64,000 nucleotides of DNA from Eledone cirrhosa (Eukaryota). A program made the position numbers and the translations under genes. Below, piece by piece: positions 41,545 through 54,640 of this stretch; the stretch's first letter is position 1, and each line of letters begins with the position of its first letter. Location: contig OZ024744.1 of the NCBI GenBank assembly GCA_964016885.1, positions 61,814,001 through 61,878,000 on the forward strand, written 5' to 3'. Below the pieces are notes generated by a model. It worked only from the letters and a program-made list of their open reading frames with translations. It made no database searches and was not told where the DNA came from.

Positions 41545-41968
41545 CCTGTCTGGCCCTCTGGAGAATAGAGGAAATGTGTTTCCTTGAAAACCCGTATGAC
41601 TCTAAAACCCGGTCCGTCTGTGTGGTTACATACAGACTAGCTGACACTCACTGTAAAGTGTCTAGTGAAAAGCTGAGTACATGTACATATGTATACATGT
41701 GTGTATTTATATGCATACTAATACTTCCGTATACATATGTAGATGTACACTTTAACTTAATTGTTTAAGCGTCAGTCATACAAAAGTGAGTTAGAAGCGA
41801 AACGAAATTTAATTTCGTTTCGTTATTTGTTTTTATCGTTTCCGCTGAACCGGTGCGTACAATGACTCACGTTCTATGCAAATTAGTCTACCCACTACTA
41901 ATTTTCATAGAAAAAGCATATAACGATATGTGCTTTTACAATTCTCCAGAGAAGCCGGAAGATGGGTA

Positions 41969-42013
41969 AATATTGCTGATGAGATGTAATAACATCGAAA
42001 CTAGTCCAATATT
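41969..42013 (+). ncRNA. Minimal type I hammerhead ribozyme (array unit 3)
   Basis: Identical to 41031-41075. Confidence 0.9.
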
Positions 42014-42437
42014 CCTGTCTGGCCCTCTGGAGAATAGAGGAAATGTGTTTCCTTGAAAACCCGTATGACTCTAAAACCCGGTCCGTCTGTGTGGTTACAT
42101 ACAGACTAGCTGACACTCACTGTAAAGTGTCTAGTGAAAAGCTGAGTACATGTACATATGTATACATGTGTGTATTTATATGCATACTAATACTTCCGTA
42201 TACATATGTAGATGTACACTTTAACTTAATTGTTTAAGCGTCAGTCATACAAAAGTGAGTTAGAAGCGAAACGAAATTTAATTTCGTTTCGTTATTTGTT
42301 TTTATCGTTTCCGCTGAACCGGTGCGTACAATGACTCACGTTCTATGCAAATTAGTCTACCCACTACTAATTTTCATAGAAAAAGCATATAACGATATGT
42401 GCTTTTACAATTCTCCAGAGAAGCCGGAAGATGGGTA

Positions 42438-42482
42438 AATATTGCTGATGAGATGTAATAACATCGAAACTAGTCCAATATT
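42438..42482 (+). ncRNA. Minimal type I hammerhead ribozyme (array unit 4)
   Basis: Identical to 41031-41075. Confidence 0.9.
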
Positions 42483-42767
42483 CCTGTCTGGCCCTCTGGA
42501 GAATAGAGGAAATGTGTTTCCTTGAAAACCCGTATGACTCTAAAACCCGGTCCGTCTGTGTGGTTACATACAGACTAGCTGACACTCACTGTAAAGTGTC
42601 TAGTGAAAAGCTGAGTACATGTACATATGTATACATGTGTGTATTTATATGCATACTAATACTTCCGTATACATATGTAGATGTACACTTTAACTTAATT
42701 GTTTAAGCGTCAGTCATACAAAAGTGAGTTAGAAGCGAAACGAAATTTAATTTCGTTTCGTTATTTG

Positions 42768-42811
<44 letters not shown>

Positions 42812-42830
42812 TATATATATAATGAATATA

Positions 42831-42882
<52 letters not shown>

Positions 42883-42963
42883 TATATATATAAATATATT
42901 TATTAAAATAACAGATTAAAGTTTAAGCAAAGAATCCCTGCTTTCACTCTTAACGGCATCTTC

Positions 42964-43017
<54 letters not shown>

Positions 43018-43180
43018 TATATATATATATGAATATATAACCAAAGATTAATATGGTTCATTGATTACTCAATGAATATAGTTTTACAATAGATTAAAAG
43101 CACTCTACAGTGAAGTTTTCTGGAGTTATTAATATTATTCAGAATATTAATAAATGAAGACATTCACAAAATCAAAATAT

Positions 43181-43250
43181 ATGTTTTATTATATATATTT
43201 CGAAGGTACTGTGTTGCTTCTTCAGTAAGTCCTCGTCAGATAAAATACAT
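43181..43250 (-). ncRNA. Type I hammerhead ribozyme (mirror copy, CUGACGA core)
   Basis: Reverse-complement arm; N7 differs (C vs U), the freely variable core position. Confidence 0.75.
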
Positions 43251-43352
43251 GAATTGATGCATGACATACCTCAATGGTCTTGATAGTTCAATTTCACTGC
43301 CAATACTGTAATTGAACTACCAAGACTGTCGAGGTATGTCATTCACCAATTC

Positions 43353-43422
43353 ATGTATTTTATCTGATGAGGACGTACTGAAAAATCAACACAGTACCTT
43401 CGAAATATATATAATAAAACAT
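43353..43422 (+). ncRNA. Type I hammerhead ribozyme with AU-palindromic stem III
   Basis: UUUUAU-CUGAUGA-GGA(C)GUACUG..CAGUAC(C)UUC-GAAA-UAUAUA-UA-AUAAAA; AUA site. Confidence 0.8.
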
Positions 43423-43509
43423 ATATTTTGATCATGTGAATGTCTTCATTTATTAATATTCTGAATAATATATGAATATATATATATACTGTATATATAT
43501 CGTTTTCCC

Positions 43510-43831
43510 ATTTTGCAAAAAACGATGCTATAAACTTTTCTGGGTGGGAAATGAAAATGGAGACTTGTCCTAAATAGTACTACTGTGACAATAATATCCA
43601 CTTACGCACCCCAACCTGGACTGCCTGGCATTATAAAAGACAGATTCTATGAGTCGCTAATGCTCACTACCTCCCAAATAACCGACAGTAACTACATAAT
43701 TATTGCTGGCGACCTAAATGGTCATGTTGGACAACAGTGTGACGACTATGACGGAATCCATGGAGGCTACGGGTTTGGTACCAGAAATGAGGAAGGCTTC
43801 AGAATTCTGGAATTCTCTGACGCAAATAACC
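43510..43831 (+). mobile_element. RTE endonuclease-region fragment
   Basis: ORF 43585-43878 (STYAPQPGL..GDLNGHVG..GYGFGTRNEEG) is homologous to the APE domain of the full-length RTE. Confidence 0.85.
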
Positions 43832-44570
43832 TTTGCATATCGAGCGAGTTAGTCAGCCGGGCGTACCAAAAACGATAAATGGAAAAGAATGAAATGAAAT
43901 TTCATTTCTCACTCTTAGTACGGTTTGTCAGTGTTGAACAAAAAGGCGATGATGGTTGCCGAACACTGTACGGCTTAATTCGAGCTGTTTGTTTACAAAC
44001 AAACTGAACATTATAATAAATGTTCGGTAAACCCATACGTACATATATATATGTGTGCATGTATGTATATATATACATACTACTGTATGTCTGTATACAT
44101 ATATGTATGTATAGATACTTACAGTTAAGTATCAGCCGTACTAAGAGTGAGAAATGAAATTTCATTTTATTCTTTTCCATTTATCGTTTTCGGTACGCCC
44201 GGCCGACTAACTCACTCGATATGCAAATTAGGCTGCTCAGCCCTTAATATGCATAAGGAAAGTATCTACTTTCAAACGTTCAATCATCTGACAGGAAGGT
44301 ATACGATGCTGATGATAGCTAATAAGCTTGAAACTAGTTCATCGTTCCTTTGTCAGTGTTGAACAAAAAGGCGACGATGGTTGCCGAACACTGTACGGCT
44401 TAATTCGAGCTGTTTGTTTACAAACAAACCAAACATTATAATAAATGTTAGGTAAACCCATACGTACATATATATGTGTGCATGTATGTATATATATACA
44501 TACTACTGTACGTCTGTATACATATATGTATGTACATATATACATAGATACTACTGTACGTCTGTATACA
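43832..44570. mobile_element. Third retrozyme-family member: inverted piece (43832-43923) plus ~1.5 forward units, period 425 bp
   Basis: tttgtcagtgttgaac at 43924 and 44349; clearly homologous to 21071-21627. Confidence 0.85.
44303..44345 (+). ncRNA. Minimal type I hammerhead ribozyme
   Basis: ACGAUG-CUGAUGA-U AGCU(AAUA)AGCU U-GAAA-CUAG-UU-CAUCGU; GUU site. Confidence 0.8.
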
Positions 44571-45037
44571 TATCAACTAGAAATTGATTGACATATATAT
44601 ATTTAAAATAAACACATGAAACAATCACAGGGGATAATTTGTAAAGTGTTTAACCACACACACAGCTAAGTAGGTAACTAATTAAAGTTTAACTTGAACT
44701 TCAAATATTACCTTTTAAAAATGATTAATCTTCCTTGTATATATTTCATTAAAGAAATATATTTCACCATTAATCCGTAAAGTCACAGTAGTCAGATCCC
44801 GGTAATATTTGAAGTTCTAGTTAAACTTTAATTAGTTACCTTCCTAGTGTGGTTACACACTTTACAAATTATCCCCTGTGATTGTTTCATGAGTTTATTT
44901 TAAATATATATATATATGTCAATCAATTTCTAGTTGATATAAAATGCTCGGATCTATTCATTGGAATCTCTGAGCTTATTCTACGGTAGATATGGCACAT
45001 GTCTCGGATATGACTCCCTTAATTTAATTTAATTTTG
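44571..45037. mobile_element. Fold-back element: arms 44571-44712 and 44801-44940, spacer, ~95-bp tail
   Basis: atatcaactagaaattgattgac...caaatattacc is mirrored; tail ends in (TA)n. Confidence 0.85.
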
Positions 45038-45068
<31 letters not shown>

Positions 45069-45456
45069 GAAGGTGTGATGAAAACTAGACAGAAATTTAA
45101 TTTTTTGTTAGTGCAAACATGTTATCTAAAATATGTGTTTTGTTACATTGGTTTATGTATATGATAGTAGATGGAACAGGTAGACATTTATTTATGAGGG
45201 GAAGATGTTATAAACATTAGGTAGAAACTTTACCCTTTTTTCATATTTCCATCAAAAACATTGTTTACAACTTTTCAAAATAATCATGAACACAGGTTAA
45301 ACATTCTTACATGAAAATATGATTGATGTTTCTTTTTAGATAAATATAAATACTCTAAAATAAACAGTTCTGTGTTGTGGGACCAGGGACAATTTCAAAT
45401 GGTTTGGTAGCAAAAAGATTAAACTTATAACTTGGGCAATGTTTTTTTTCAATGTA

Positions 45457-45674
45457 TTAAACCCTTTAGCATTCACATTACTCTATTATACTATTATATT
45501 TTCATGGTAAAGGCTTTACCTCGCATAATTATCTCACATAATATCGAATCTATGAGATTTTGAAAGTATTTATTTTAAGAACAATACCTTAATATCAGTT
45601 TGAGCGACCAGTTACAGCCAGTTTCAACAGAAAGAGGTAGAGAATTCTGGCCAGTTTGAACATTAAAGGGTTAA
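45457..45674. mobile_element. piggyBac-type MITE
   Basis: TTAA..CCCTTTA at the left end and TAAAGGG TTAA at the right end; partial copy at 16494-16680. Confidence 0.65.
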
Positions 45675-48289
45675 AGTCTCCTGATACTTAATATATTTGT
45701 TAATACTTAACATTATGTAATGATTTAGCAAAAAATAATTAATTCAAATGTTTATAGTATATTTACTGGTGTTATTTTGCAGTAAATTAAAGTAAATGTT
45801 TTAATTGTTAATGTGATGTAGTTGTAGTGCGGTTTTGTACTTTTGAAGAATGTATTGCCAATTTGGTTTCATGCAGTGCAGGATGTTAAGCATTCCTTGT
45901 ATTGATATCATAAAGTACTATTAAATAGTATTTAGCCTGAAAGAACCATTGTGTTGACACATGCATTACATACAAATTATATTTCAACTCAGTTACATCA
46001 CTCTTTCCTCCTATACACCCCCCCCCCCCCCCCCAAAAAAAAAATATATATATATATATTTGAAATTATTGTTTGGAGGTGAGGTATTTTGGTTTGAAAT
46101 TTGAACTCATCACAATGATGATATATGCTTTTTTATTCTTTTTGTGGTTTCAGTTATTGCATTGTGGTCATGCCAAGGCACCATCTTCAAGGAATTTAGT
46201 CAATAATATTAACCCTAGTACTTAATTTTTGCAAACTGTTAAGTTATGGGACATAAAAAATAGTAAACACAAGACATGGACACATACTTATGCATATATA
46301 TATAATATAATATATATATGACATACTTCTGCACATGGTCAACTTGAAGCTATAGTGCCACACATTAGGGTTGAACACGAAACCAACTGGTTGTGAATCA
46401 AACTTCTTAACCACACAGCCATGTCTGCACCTTTATATGTGTGTAAGTATAACTGTACTATTAAAGAAGGACAATGACATTGGTATATATTCTTTATACA
46501 TGTAGTTGATCACATCTGTTTACTATAGGGTATTATTTAAATAATTTCTTGCAAGAAAAAACTATCTGTAAGGCATGCAAATATATATCAAATATATCTG
46601 AAATTAAAGAAATAAAAATCAACCAGCATTGAATTGTTATTTACACCAATACCTATCTAGCAATTTAAAACAATAAAATATTAAATATAAGTAAATAAAA
46701 TGAAATTTACAGCCCACATCTGTACAGGTTTAGCTGGCCTCCTACGAGATTGCATCTCAAAGGAGGCTTGATGGGTATTTTAATGACAGCCCTATCACAA
46801 TCATAAGTATATAGTTAGTTATTTAAAAATGAAAACAACAATGAAAATAATAGCAAAAAAAAAAAAATAGTTTAAAAAAAGCTAGATCTTACAATAAAAT
46901 CAAAGAAAAATTTTTTTGAATAAACGTAAGAAGCATGGCCACAAAACAATATCCATTGAAGAATGTATGTAATATAAAAAAGCTAATCACTATGGTAACT
47001 AATAATAAACAAACAAAAGAAAATACTTGAAGAATGACAACAACAACAACAACAAAAGCTCTAATATCAGCACATTGAAATAACTCATAAATAGATTAGT
47101 GCAATGATTGATTTTTGATTGATAAATTGCTAAAATTTAAAGCAATAGACCCAGAATTACATCAAAGTGGAAATGTCACAAAAGCTAATAACTACCCTCA
47201 CCCTCACACACACATACATGATGCCATGATAAAAATACACAGTAGACTTTGTAAAGTGCTTCATGTTAGGACAGGTTTCCAGTTATAGAAACTAGGCCAA
47301 AAAGGGTTGAAAAGATTCCTCAGCCATAACACAGCAACCTCTCTAGCGCACCCACTACACCTTCTAAGGTGGTTGTTTATAGGAAAACATTTCAATCAGA
47401 GAAACAATGCTAAAAAGAGTTGAGAGGACTCTTCAGTCACAACATCATAGCCTCCCTGGTGCTGCTGTCACACTAAAATCAACCTGCAGCATTCTGTAGA
47501 GTGGAGAAACATATGTGAGATCTGCCACCTGAAAAGTTTGTAGCTCTAACAAAGTACAGACTTGGTCTTTGGTAACCTGTCAGACCCAGGGAAAAAGAAT
47601 CTCTCTATATATATTACATTACCATTTTACATCCACTTTCCATACTGGCACAAGCTGGATGGATTGTTATGGGCTAAATTATTTCTTATTTTGGCTTATT
47701 GCTCTCCTAGATAGCTCGGAGGACTAGGTTTTGTTCGTTCAATTTTTGGCAGAGGTCTTACAGCTGAATGCCCTTCCTAACACCAACCAGTTTACAGAGT
47801 GTACTGCGTGCATTTTGAAGTGACACCAACACTAGAAAGGTTATGTTCTTGACAAGACTAGCATGCCCTCTATAGCCAATATTATCCTGATTTGATCATC
47901 AACTCCTTTACAGAGTGTATGGGATACATTTTATCATAGCACCAATGGTAGATAGGTTACTTTGCCTCTACATGGCAAACGAGCAGTCTCCACTGTGTTG
48001 TCTCATGGCAGAAGTAGCCAAGAGTGAAGTTTTGAAGGTGAGTGATGGCCAGCAACTTAGATAAAGAGAGAGTATTTATTTGAGTATGAAGGAAGAAACA
48101 GAATTGTGAATGACAGTTAAATGTTATGAGGTTCATGGAAAAAGAGCAACAATGCCTTGTATGGAGATATATCCAATGCCCTCTCTCATTATCCAGTCAT
48201 CTTAGTAAAAGTAAAGATTTAGAGAATTGTATGAATGTATATATTTACATACATTTGTGTTTCTAGCAGTAAAATAGGCTCACCTGGAA

Positions 48290-48990
48290 TCTTAAACTGT
48301 AAAATATCCAGGTACTTCCAGATATCAATGTTTGGCAGGATATTTTAGAACTGTGGGCCTTTGGACCATCAGCTATTGCAGTATCTGATCCTTACTCTAG
48401 ATGGGGATGGTGGGATATTTGGCACTATGCAGTGACAACCAGTTGGTGGATTAGTGTATCTCTAAATGCCAATGTTTGGTGTCAGCTGTTCCACGATCTT
48501 CCATATATGTGATCATCTCATGATACACATTGGGAATCTACTTGTTACATATATGTATGTGTATTATTGCATATCTTTCCCATTTTTATTACAGGAAATA
48601 GCAGAAATTTTGGATTGAATAGTTGAGGGAATATTCCAGATGGTTGAATACAAATGTCCTCCACAAAGATCATCATATTTTCTGAGTCTCTCATTCTGAA
48701 CAATCTCAGAATCCTTCCAGCCAGTCATCTGTACATTGTAGCCATATTATTAATATGTGCATGAAACAATGTGTTACTTCTATCAATGCCCAAGTTACCC
48801 ACCAATTGTGACTCTGGGATTTCAATCCTTCCTGGTCTCGTATATCTTGGCTGCAGTGTATTAGTGTTTCTGGACTGATAGTAGAGAGTTTGAAATTTTC
48901 CAGCATTAAACTGCATGTTGCTGTCTGCAGTCCATTTATATATTGCATTCAGGTCTCACTATCCTCTGATACATTCATATCATTGACAGC
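48290..48990 (-). mobile_element. Highly degraded CR1/L2-group LINE fragment
   Basis: MQFNAGKFQTL..LGIDRSNTLFHAHINNM remnants. Confidence 0.6.
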
Positions 48991-50929
48991 TTGCGAGAGC
49001 GGCTGTGTACAACTAACGGCTTGTCTGAGAGAGCCAATACAAAGAGCAATATCTTCAAGACATTTCTCTGAGGTACTTCACTTACAATTGATGTTGTCAT
49101 TACTTGCATGCACACACACACACACACAAACACACACGTTTTTCAAATCATACACTACCATCTTAAAAACTGTCAGGCTATTGAACAATGTAGTTCTCAA
49201 TACACATTCTGAAAAAAAAAGGTGGGTGGTGATAGCTAGGAAGCTATTGATCATAAATCTACTGAAATAGAACTGGCGCTGAACAACAACAAAAGAAAGC
49301 GTAATTACCAATGGATGTATAAAATTAATTTACTAACCCTACCATCTAACGTACTGGTTGTTTAAAATTAATTTAGAAACATAGGAAGTCTGTTATTGTT
49401 AGAAATAGTGTCATAAAAGGTTTAAGATATCCTAATAATATTTCTCTCTCTATCTCTCTCATCACGATTCTACATCTATTTTGCATGCTCGCATAGGTTG
49501 TCACATTCTGATGCTAGGCAGGTCAGAGTTTGAAGGGATTTACTAATATAACTAACTTTTACAATGTTTAAGTTGGTGTTTGGAAGGCATAAATTTAAAT
49601 ACAAACACTTTCAAACAGCTTAGTATAATAAAACCAAGGGTAGTTTCAGGTGGTTTGTTATCAGAAGGCTTTTATGGGCCAGCTCTTAGGCCACTAATGA
49701 TGACAAGAACTTTGCTATCAGCGGTTCAGCTCCACCAAACGTCCTGAACAACACAGAAGTTGGGCCACTGACAATGAAGTTCTTTTCATCATTAATGGCT
49801 CGCTTTACTGCGGTGTCAGGTGATGCCATCACCAGCTTTGTTCTACATGCTATCAGACTCTGCTCTCCATATTCTGAAAGATGGTATAAACTTTCATGCA
49901 ACCTTGTTAAACTTACCATATATACACATGTTTAAGACCTTTTACCATAAAAATAGAACATGAAAACCCATCATGTCACTTATCTACTGCTGGACTTTAA
50001 AAAACAGCAGAGGTTTGCCTCATGTCATCTCATATGATACAACAATTGGCATTCTCTGGTGAATATAGTGTTTTATGTAATTGAAAAGTCATTGAAGAAC
50101 ACTTAGATTTGTTCTAATGAGAATAATGTGTATCTAAAGATTTACTAAAGTGAAGCGTGCATATTGCATATTTATGGCTTGTAGCAAAATAAATGTGTAA
50201 GTGAAGGAAAAACTAAAACAAAAGGAAATAAAGTGGTGAACATTAAATAGCCAAATAAAACTGGTATAATAGAACAAATAGTATAAACAGTAAAGGAACT
50301 AAAGTATTGGCAGAGAGAGAGATGACAAAAAATAGATAGCTAGATAGATAGCAAAAGAGACATTTATTAAGAGAAATATATCAAACAGACCCTTTCATTC
50401 AGGCTCATATCCGTGGAAAGGTGTGAATCTAATAATTTAAATAAATGCACTGGTGAAAGTGCAATGACCAATGGCAGAGTCTCCTGAAACAGTTTAAGAT
50501 ATTGGAGATGTTGTTACCACAAATAGAGCTATAGAAGAAAGGATGCTGTTTATACACAAAACATCATCATCATAATAAATGCAAAATTACAAAAAAGAAA
50601 AGTTAAAAAAACAAAACAAAGGGTAACAAAAAATGTAAAGAAAAACAAGATAATTTCACAATTAAAAGAAAACTTTTTACAGTGCTTGCTCCAGCATGGT
50701 CTTAGCCACAATGACTAAAACAAACTAAAGAATCATAACTAAAAACTGAACTTCTAATATTTAAACATTATAGGCATTTTAGAATAAATGAAAATATATA
50801 TACAAAACAACATGCTGTTTCCCTGCCTGAATAAGACTACAATATTTCCCTACCCAGACATCAACATGCAGAGGTTTGCATTACATATCAATAATATTGA
50901 TCACAAAAGTTTGGAATTACCATCAATGT

Positions 50930-51178
50930 TTAACCCTCATATCTCTAAGGAAAAACACTGCCTATGGTTTTCAAATAATTTTGAAAATGATCAAGAATTT
51001 GGAGAGATTTATTAATAATGTAACCAACTTTCTTATTAAGTTGGTGTGTGGAACATAACATGGAGGTTCTTACATACAATTATGACAGAACATTTTTAGA
51101 TAAATATAAACACTTTAAAACAGCTTTATATCATAGAACCAGGGGTGGCTTCAGGTAGTTTAGTATCAAAGGAGTTAA
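50930..51178. mobile_element. Second TTAA-flanked MITE-like repeat
   Basis: ttaaccctc...ggagttaa; decayed copies near 49550-49670 and 52000-52352. Confidence 0.5.
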
Positions 51179-53419
51179 ACTTTATTTGAATTTTAAGAAT
51201 TAAAATTTTGAACAATCATCTAATTTCAATTTCTTAAGATAGCCAATTTTATTTTCTTCCTTGGAACCTCGTTTGCTATCACTTCTGTGGGCCAATACAC
51301 TTTTAGACGTTTATTCCTCTCCTTTGATGTAAGATTTTACTCGATGCCATCTTTGATGACCGTTTGCTGTTCTGGCAGTTATCCTTGCATTGAGCTTTTC
51401 TCATTATTCTATAAATTTTAATACACTTGTGCCTCAACTTGATCTTCGAGAAAACTTTGTTTACATATATATACATGCATATAACTATCTATGCACACCC
51501 ATACACACACAAACAGACATACTACTACTACTATTACTACTATATGTGTGTCTGTCTATATATATATAAAAAATACAGTATGGAGGGCATTTAATAGCTT
51601 TTAGTTTTGTAGCCAGCATGAATCTGTTGTATAAATAAAACAATGACAAAATTAATGGAATTAAATTATTGGAATTAAATTAAAATAAAGACTGATATAC
51701 ATTAGTTATAAACAAAATTAAATTTTGGATATAAAACATTTAGTTATATTTGAGAACAATTAATTATAAGTTTAATTATATTTAAGAACAATTAAATTAT
51801 TCTTTTGTTACTGATATTCTTTGCAATAAATATAAAATATGTGCTTATTATACGAAACCGATGCCTGAACTTTTCACCTAATTGGTTTATTTTTCTACCC
51901 AACACCCACCAAAAAAAATCTTTTTAATAAAATAAAATTCAATTGTTTGAAATAGAGGCTGAATTATTATAACATTATTTTTCATTTAACACTTCATTAG
52001 CATATTTCTAATGAAAGATATTACCTATGGTTTTCAAATAACTTTTAAAATAATCAAGAACTTAGAGAAATTTAGAAATATAACTTTCTCATTATTAAAC
52101 TGGTCTTTGGTATATAACTTAAATGTTCTAACATAAAATTATGATGGAAGGTTTTTAAATAAATATAAACACCTTAACCCTCTCATTATCATATTTTTAA
52201 CATTGTTTATGATTTTCAAATAATTTTGAAAATAATACATTTTGAGGAATTTAGCAAACTTTCTAATTATTTAGCTGGTGTTTGGAACATAAAAGTTCTT
52301 AAATAAAATTGTTATGTTAGATTTCAGGTGGTTTGGTATCAAAAGTGTTAAATAGTAAAACACATTCCTGTATCCAGTGACGAAATGTTTGGCTGTATAC
52401 TTGATCAGATTCCTTTCCTGTTAAGATTTAAAACGTTTTTACAAGAATATTTTAACCATGTCTTTATATTTTTTTCTGTGGATGGAAATTTGCTGAGGTT
52501 TTATGTTTTAAGGTGACATTTAGAAAAATGTTGTATACATACTGGTGTATAAGTCACAACTTTCATTCCTAAAGTTACAATGTGAAAAACGATCATGCAA
52601 CTGATCTACAAATCTTTATATGAGATTCAAGTACTGAGTCAAGAATGCTGTATGTAAAATTAGGGGTATTATATCTCTCCTGGTGAAACTTATATACAAA
52701 TATTTACAGTATTTTAAGGTATAATATTTTACTGACAGTTCAAAAAAAAAAAAAAAAAATGTAAACAGAGAAATAAACAAATATATGAATAATCACAAAA
52801 AATGTAGATTCGATACCCTGTATGAAACAAAATATTACAATTATCAAATATATTTTCAATTAAATGAAGCTAAAAAAAACTGGTTTTATATTAAATATGC
52901 ACCCAACACACATTGACACACAGATACGTACCACATACACATCGAGACACATACACAGATACGTACCACATACACATCGAGACACATACACACAGATACG
53001 TACCACAACCACAATGTAATGATAGTGTATTTTATTCTTGAAATACTCAGAAATCAATAATTGAAACCAGTAATGCTGATTATCAAAATAAACAATGGTT
53101 CCTAATTTATGCACAAAGTCATAGATTTTGGGGGAAAGGTGGAGTAGATTACACCAAACCCCAGTACTTTATTTTATGAACCCACAGAAGAAAGTTGACT
53201 TTGGAGGTATTTGTAATCAGATTGTAGAGAGCCATAACAAGTATTTGTTTGATTCTTTAACAATTCTTCCATATCCACCACACTAACAAACAACAACAAC
53301 TAACAACAACAACAACAAAGATGTTAAATAGGACTAAACTTAGGATACAAATGCTACGGCAAGAAAAACTAATCACTTCCCATATATGGATAATTTCTAG
53401 CGTTATGCTACAGACAAAG

Positions 53420-54640
53420 AAATGACATTTGGATTTCAAAATGTACCAAGGCATGTTTGAAGAGAAGAAAACTAGTTAAAATCACTAATATCATGCCAGA
53501 TATAAAAACTGAGATAAGAGAATTAGATCAAACACAGACATACAAATACTTAGGAATCAACTAGACAGTGTACAATAGACACACATGGAAGTAAAAGATT
53601 AGAAAAGAATACTATAGACACATTAGATTATTACTGAAGACAGAACTAAATGCAAAGAAAATGGTAAGAGGAACCATTCTGACTGTCCCAGTAATAAGTA
53701 AGTTTATTCTGAAATAGATACTAAAAGAATTAGCAGGACTAGAAAGAAAAACAAGAAAAATTACAACTGCAATTAGAATATACTACCCAAAATCAAATGC
53801 AGAAAGAATATATTTATCATGAGCACAGGAAGATAGTGGCCTTATTGAATAAGGCCACTATTATAAAATATCTAATGTAGGAGTACAAAAATATCTAATG
53901 AAGATTGATGGAAACTTAATATAAACAGCTATGAAACATGAAGAAAACAAAAGATGATTTTATGTCTTCAAGGAAGCCAACACATATAAAACAGAAGCTG
54001 TTATGGAAAAATGATTTTAAAAAAACCCCAACAAAAACAGTAAAAAAAAACTAAAATCTAAACTAAAAACTGATCTCCCCAGAATACCATGGTAAAATGA
54101 TGGCAAAAAACAAACAAACAAACAAACCCTACATGGCCTATACATGAAACAATTGAACAGAGAGGATGTAGACAAGGAAAATTCTCCATGAAGCAGAACA
54201 CATTAAATCAAAGCAGAAAATGTGGAGTTGGGGTGGGGACAACTAACCACATTGACTCAGGTTGCCCAGTCTTAAGCACAAAAGAAAATACTCCCAGACA
54301 TGACAGTTATGCCAATAGAAAAAAAGGTGGTACAGACATACACTAGAAAAGGTGTCAAACAAAACGCTCTACTCTAGGTAATAGTCATATGCTAATACAC
54401 ACAAACAGGAACGTCAAAGCCTCTTACGAGACATTGTAGTTAAAGATGTACAGACAACAAATCAAGGAAATGGAGACAGAAATAACCTGAATGAGGATGA
54501 GGAAAAGAAAAACAATCCCTATAATAGCTCCACTGGGAATAGTAAAAAACACAGATAGACAGATACGTAACCAAAACCCCAGGACTTACAAATATATACA
54601 GCATACAGAAAACAACACCACACACATTACAAAGAGTACT
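53420..54640 (+). mobile_element. Degraded R4/Dong-like (restriction-like endonuclease) LINE fragment
   Basis: Remnants TYKYLGI, ELNAK, RKCG..TTNHIDSGCPVL..RHD across broken frames. Confidence 0.6.

Larger units (their letters stand above)
40155..42772. mobile_element. 469-bp hammerhead-containing tandem array (retrozyme-like): ~1.4 inverted units (40155-40802) then ~4.2 forward units (40803-42772)
   Basis: Unit starts agatgtacactttaac at ~40803, 41272, 41741, 42210, 42679; near-identical units; no credible ORF; one hammerhead per unit; flanked by (TA)n. Confidence 0.9.
43040..43471. mobile_element. Fold-back element: tail (43040-43130) plus ~340-bp imperfect palindrome (43132-43471)
   Basis: atattattcagaatattaataaatgaagacattcac... 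is mirrored at 43436-43471; centre ~43290-43310. Confidence 0.85.

Noticed and set aside
40960-42706. Repeated 72-aa and 64-aa ORFs in the 469-bp array
   Set aside because: They recur only because the unit is repeated, resemble no domain I know, and are not conserved in the 466/425-bp relatives
40803-42772. Tandem array as a CRISPR array or ordinary satellite DNA
   Set aside because: No repeat-spacer pattern and the context is eukaryotic; the short array, inverted start and per-unit hammerhead argue against plain satellite
44713-44800. Possible hammerhead in the spacer of the 44.6 kb fold-back (also checked 20.6, 23.1, 28.0-28.3 and 38.5 kb modules)
   Set aside because: No complete core with three supporting stems could be built by eye
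46705-46800. Exon-like segment with AG/GT borders, similar to 59615-59710
   Set aside because: Dispersed repeat (also near 2970-3065 and 3110-3180 on the other strand); the 59.6 kb copy has stops in all three frames
49686-49919. 77-aa minus-strand ORF
   Set aside because: No recognisable motif or convincing splice sites; cannot be assigned
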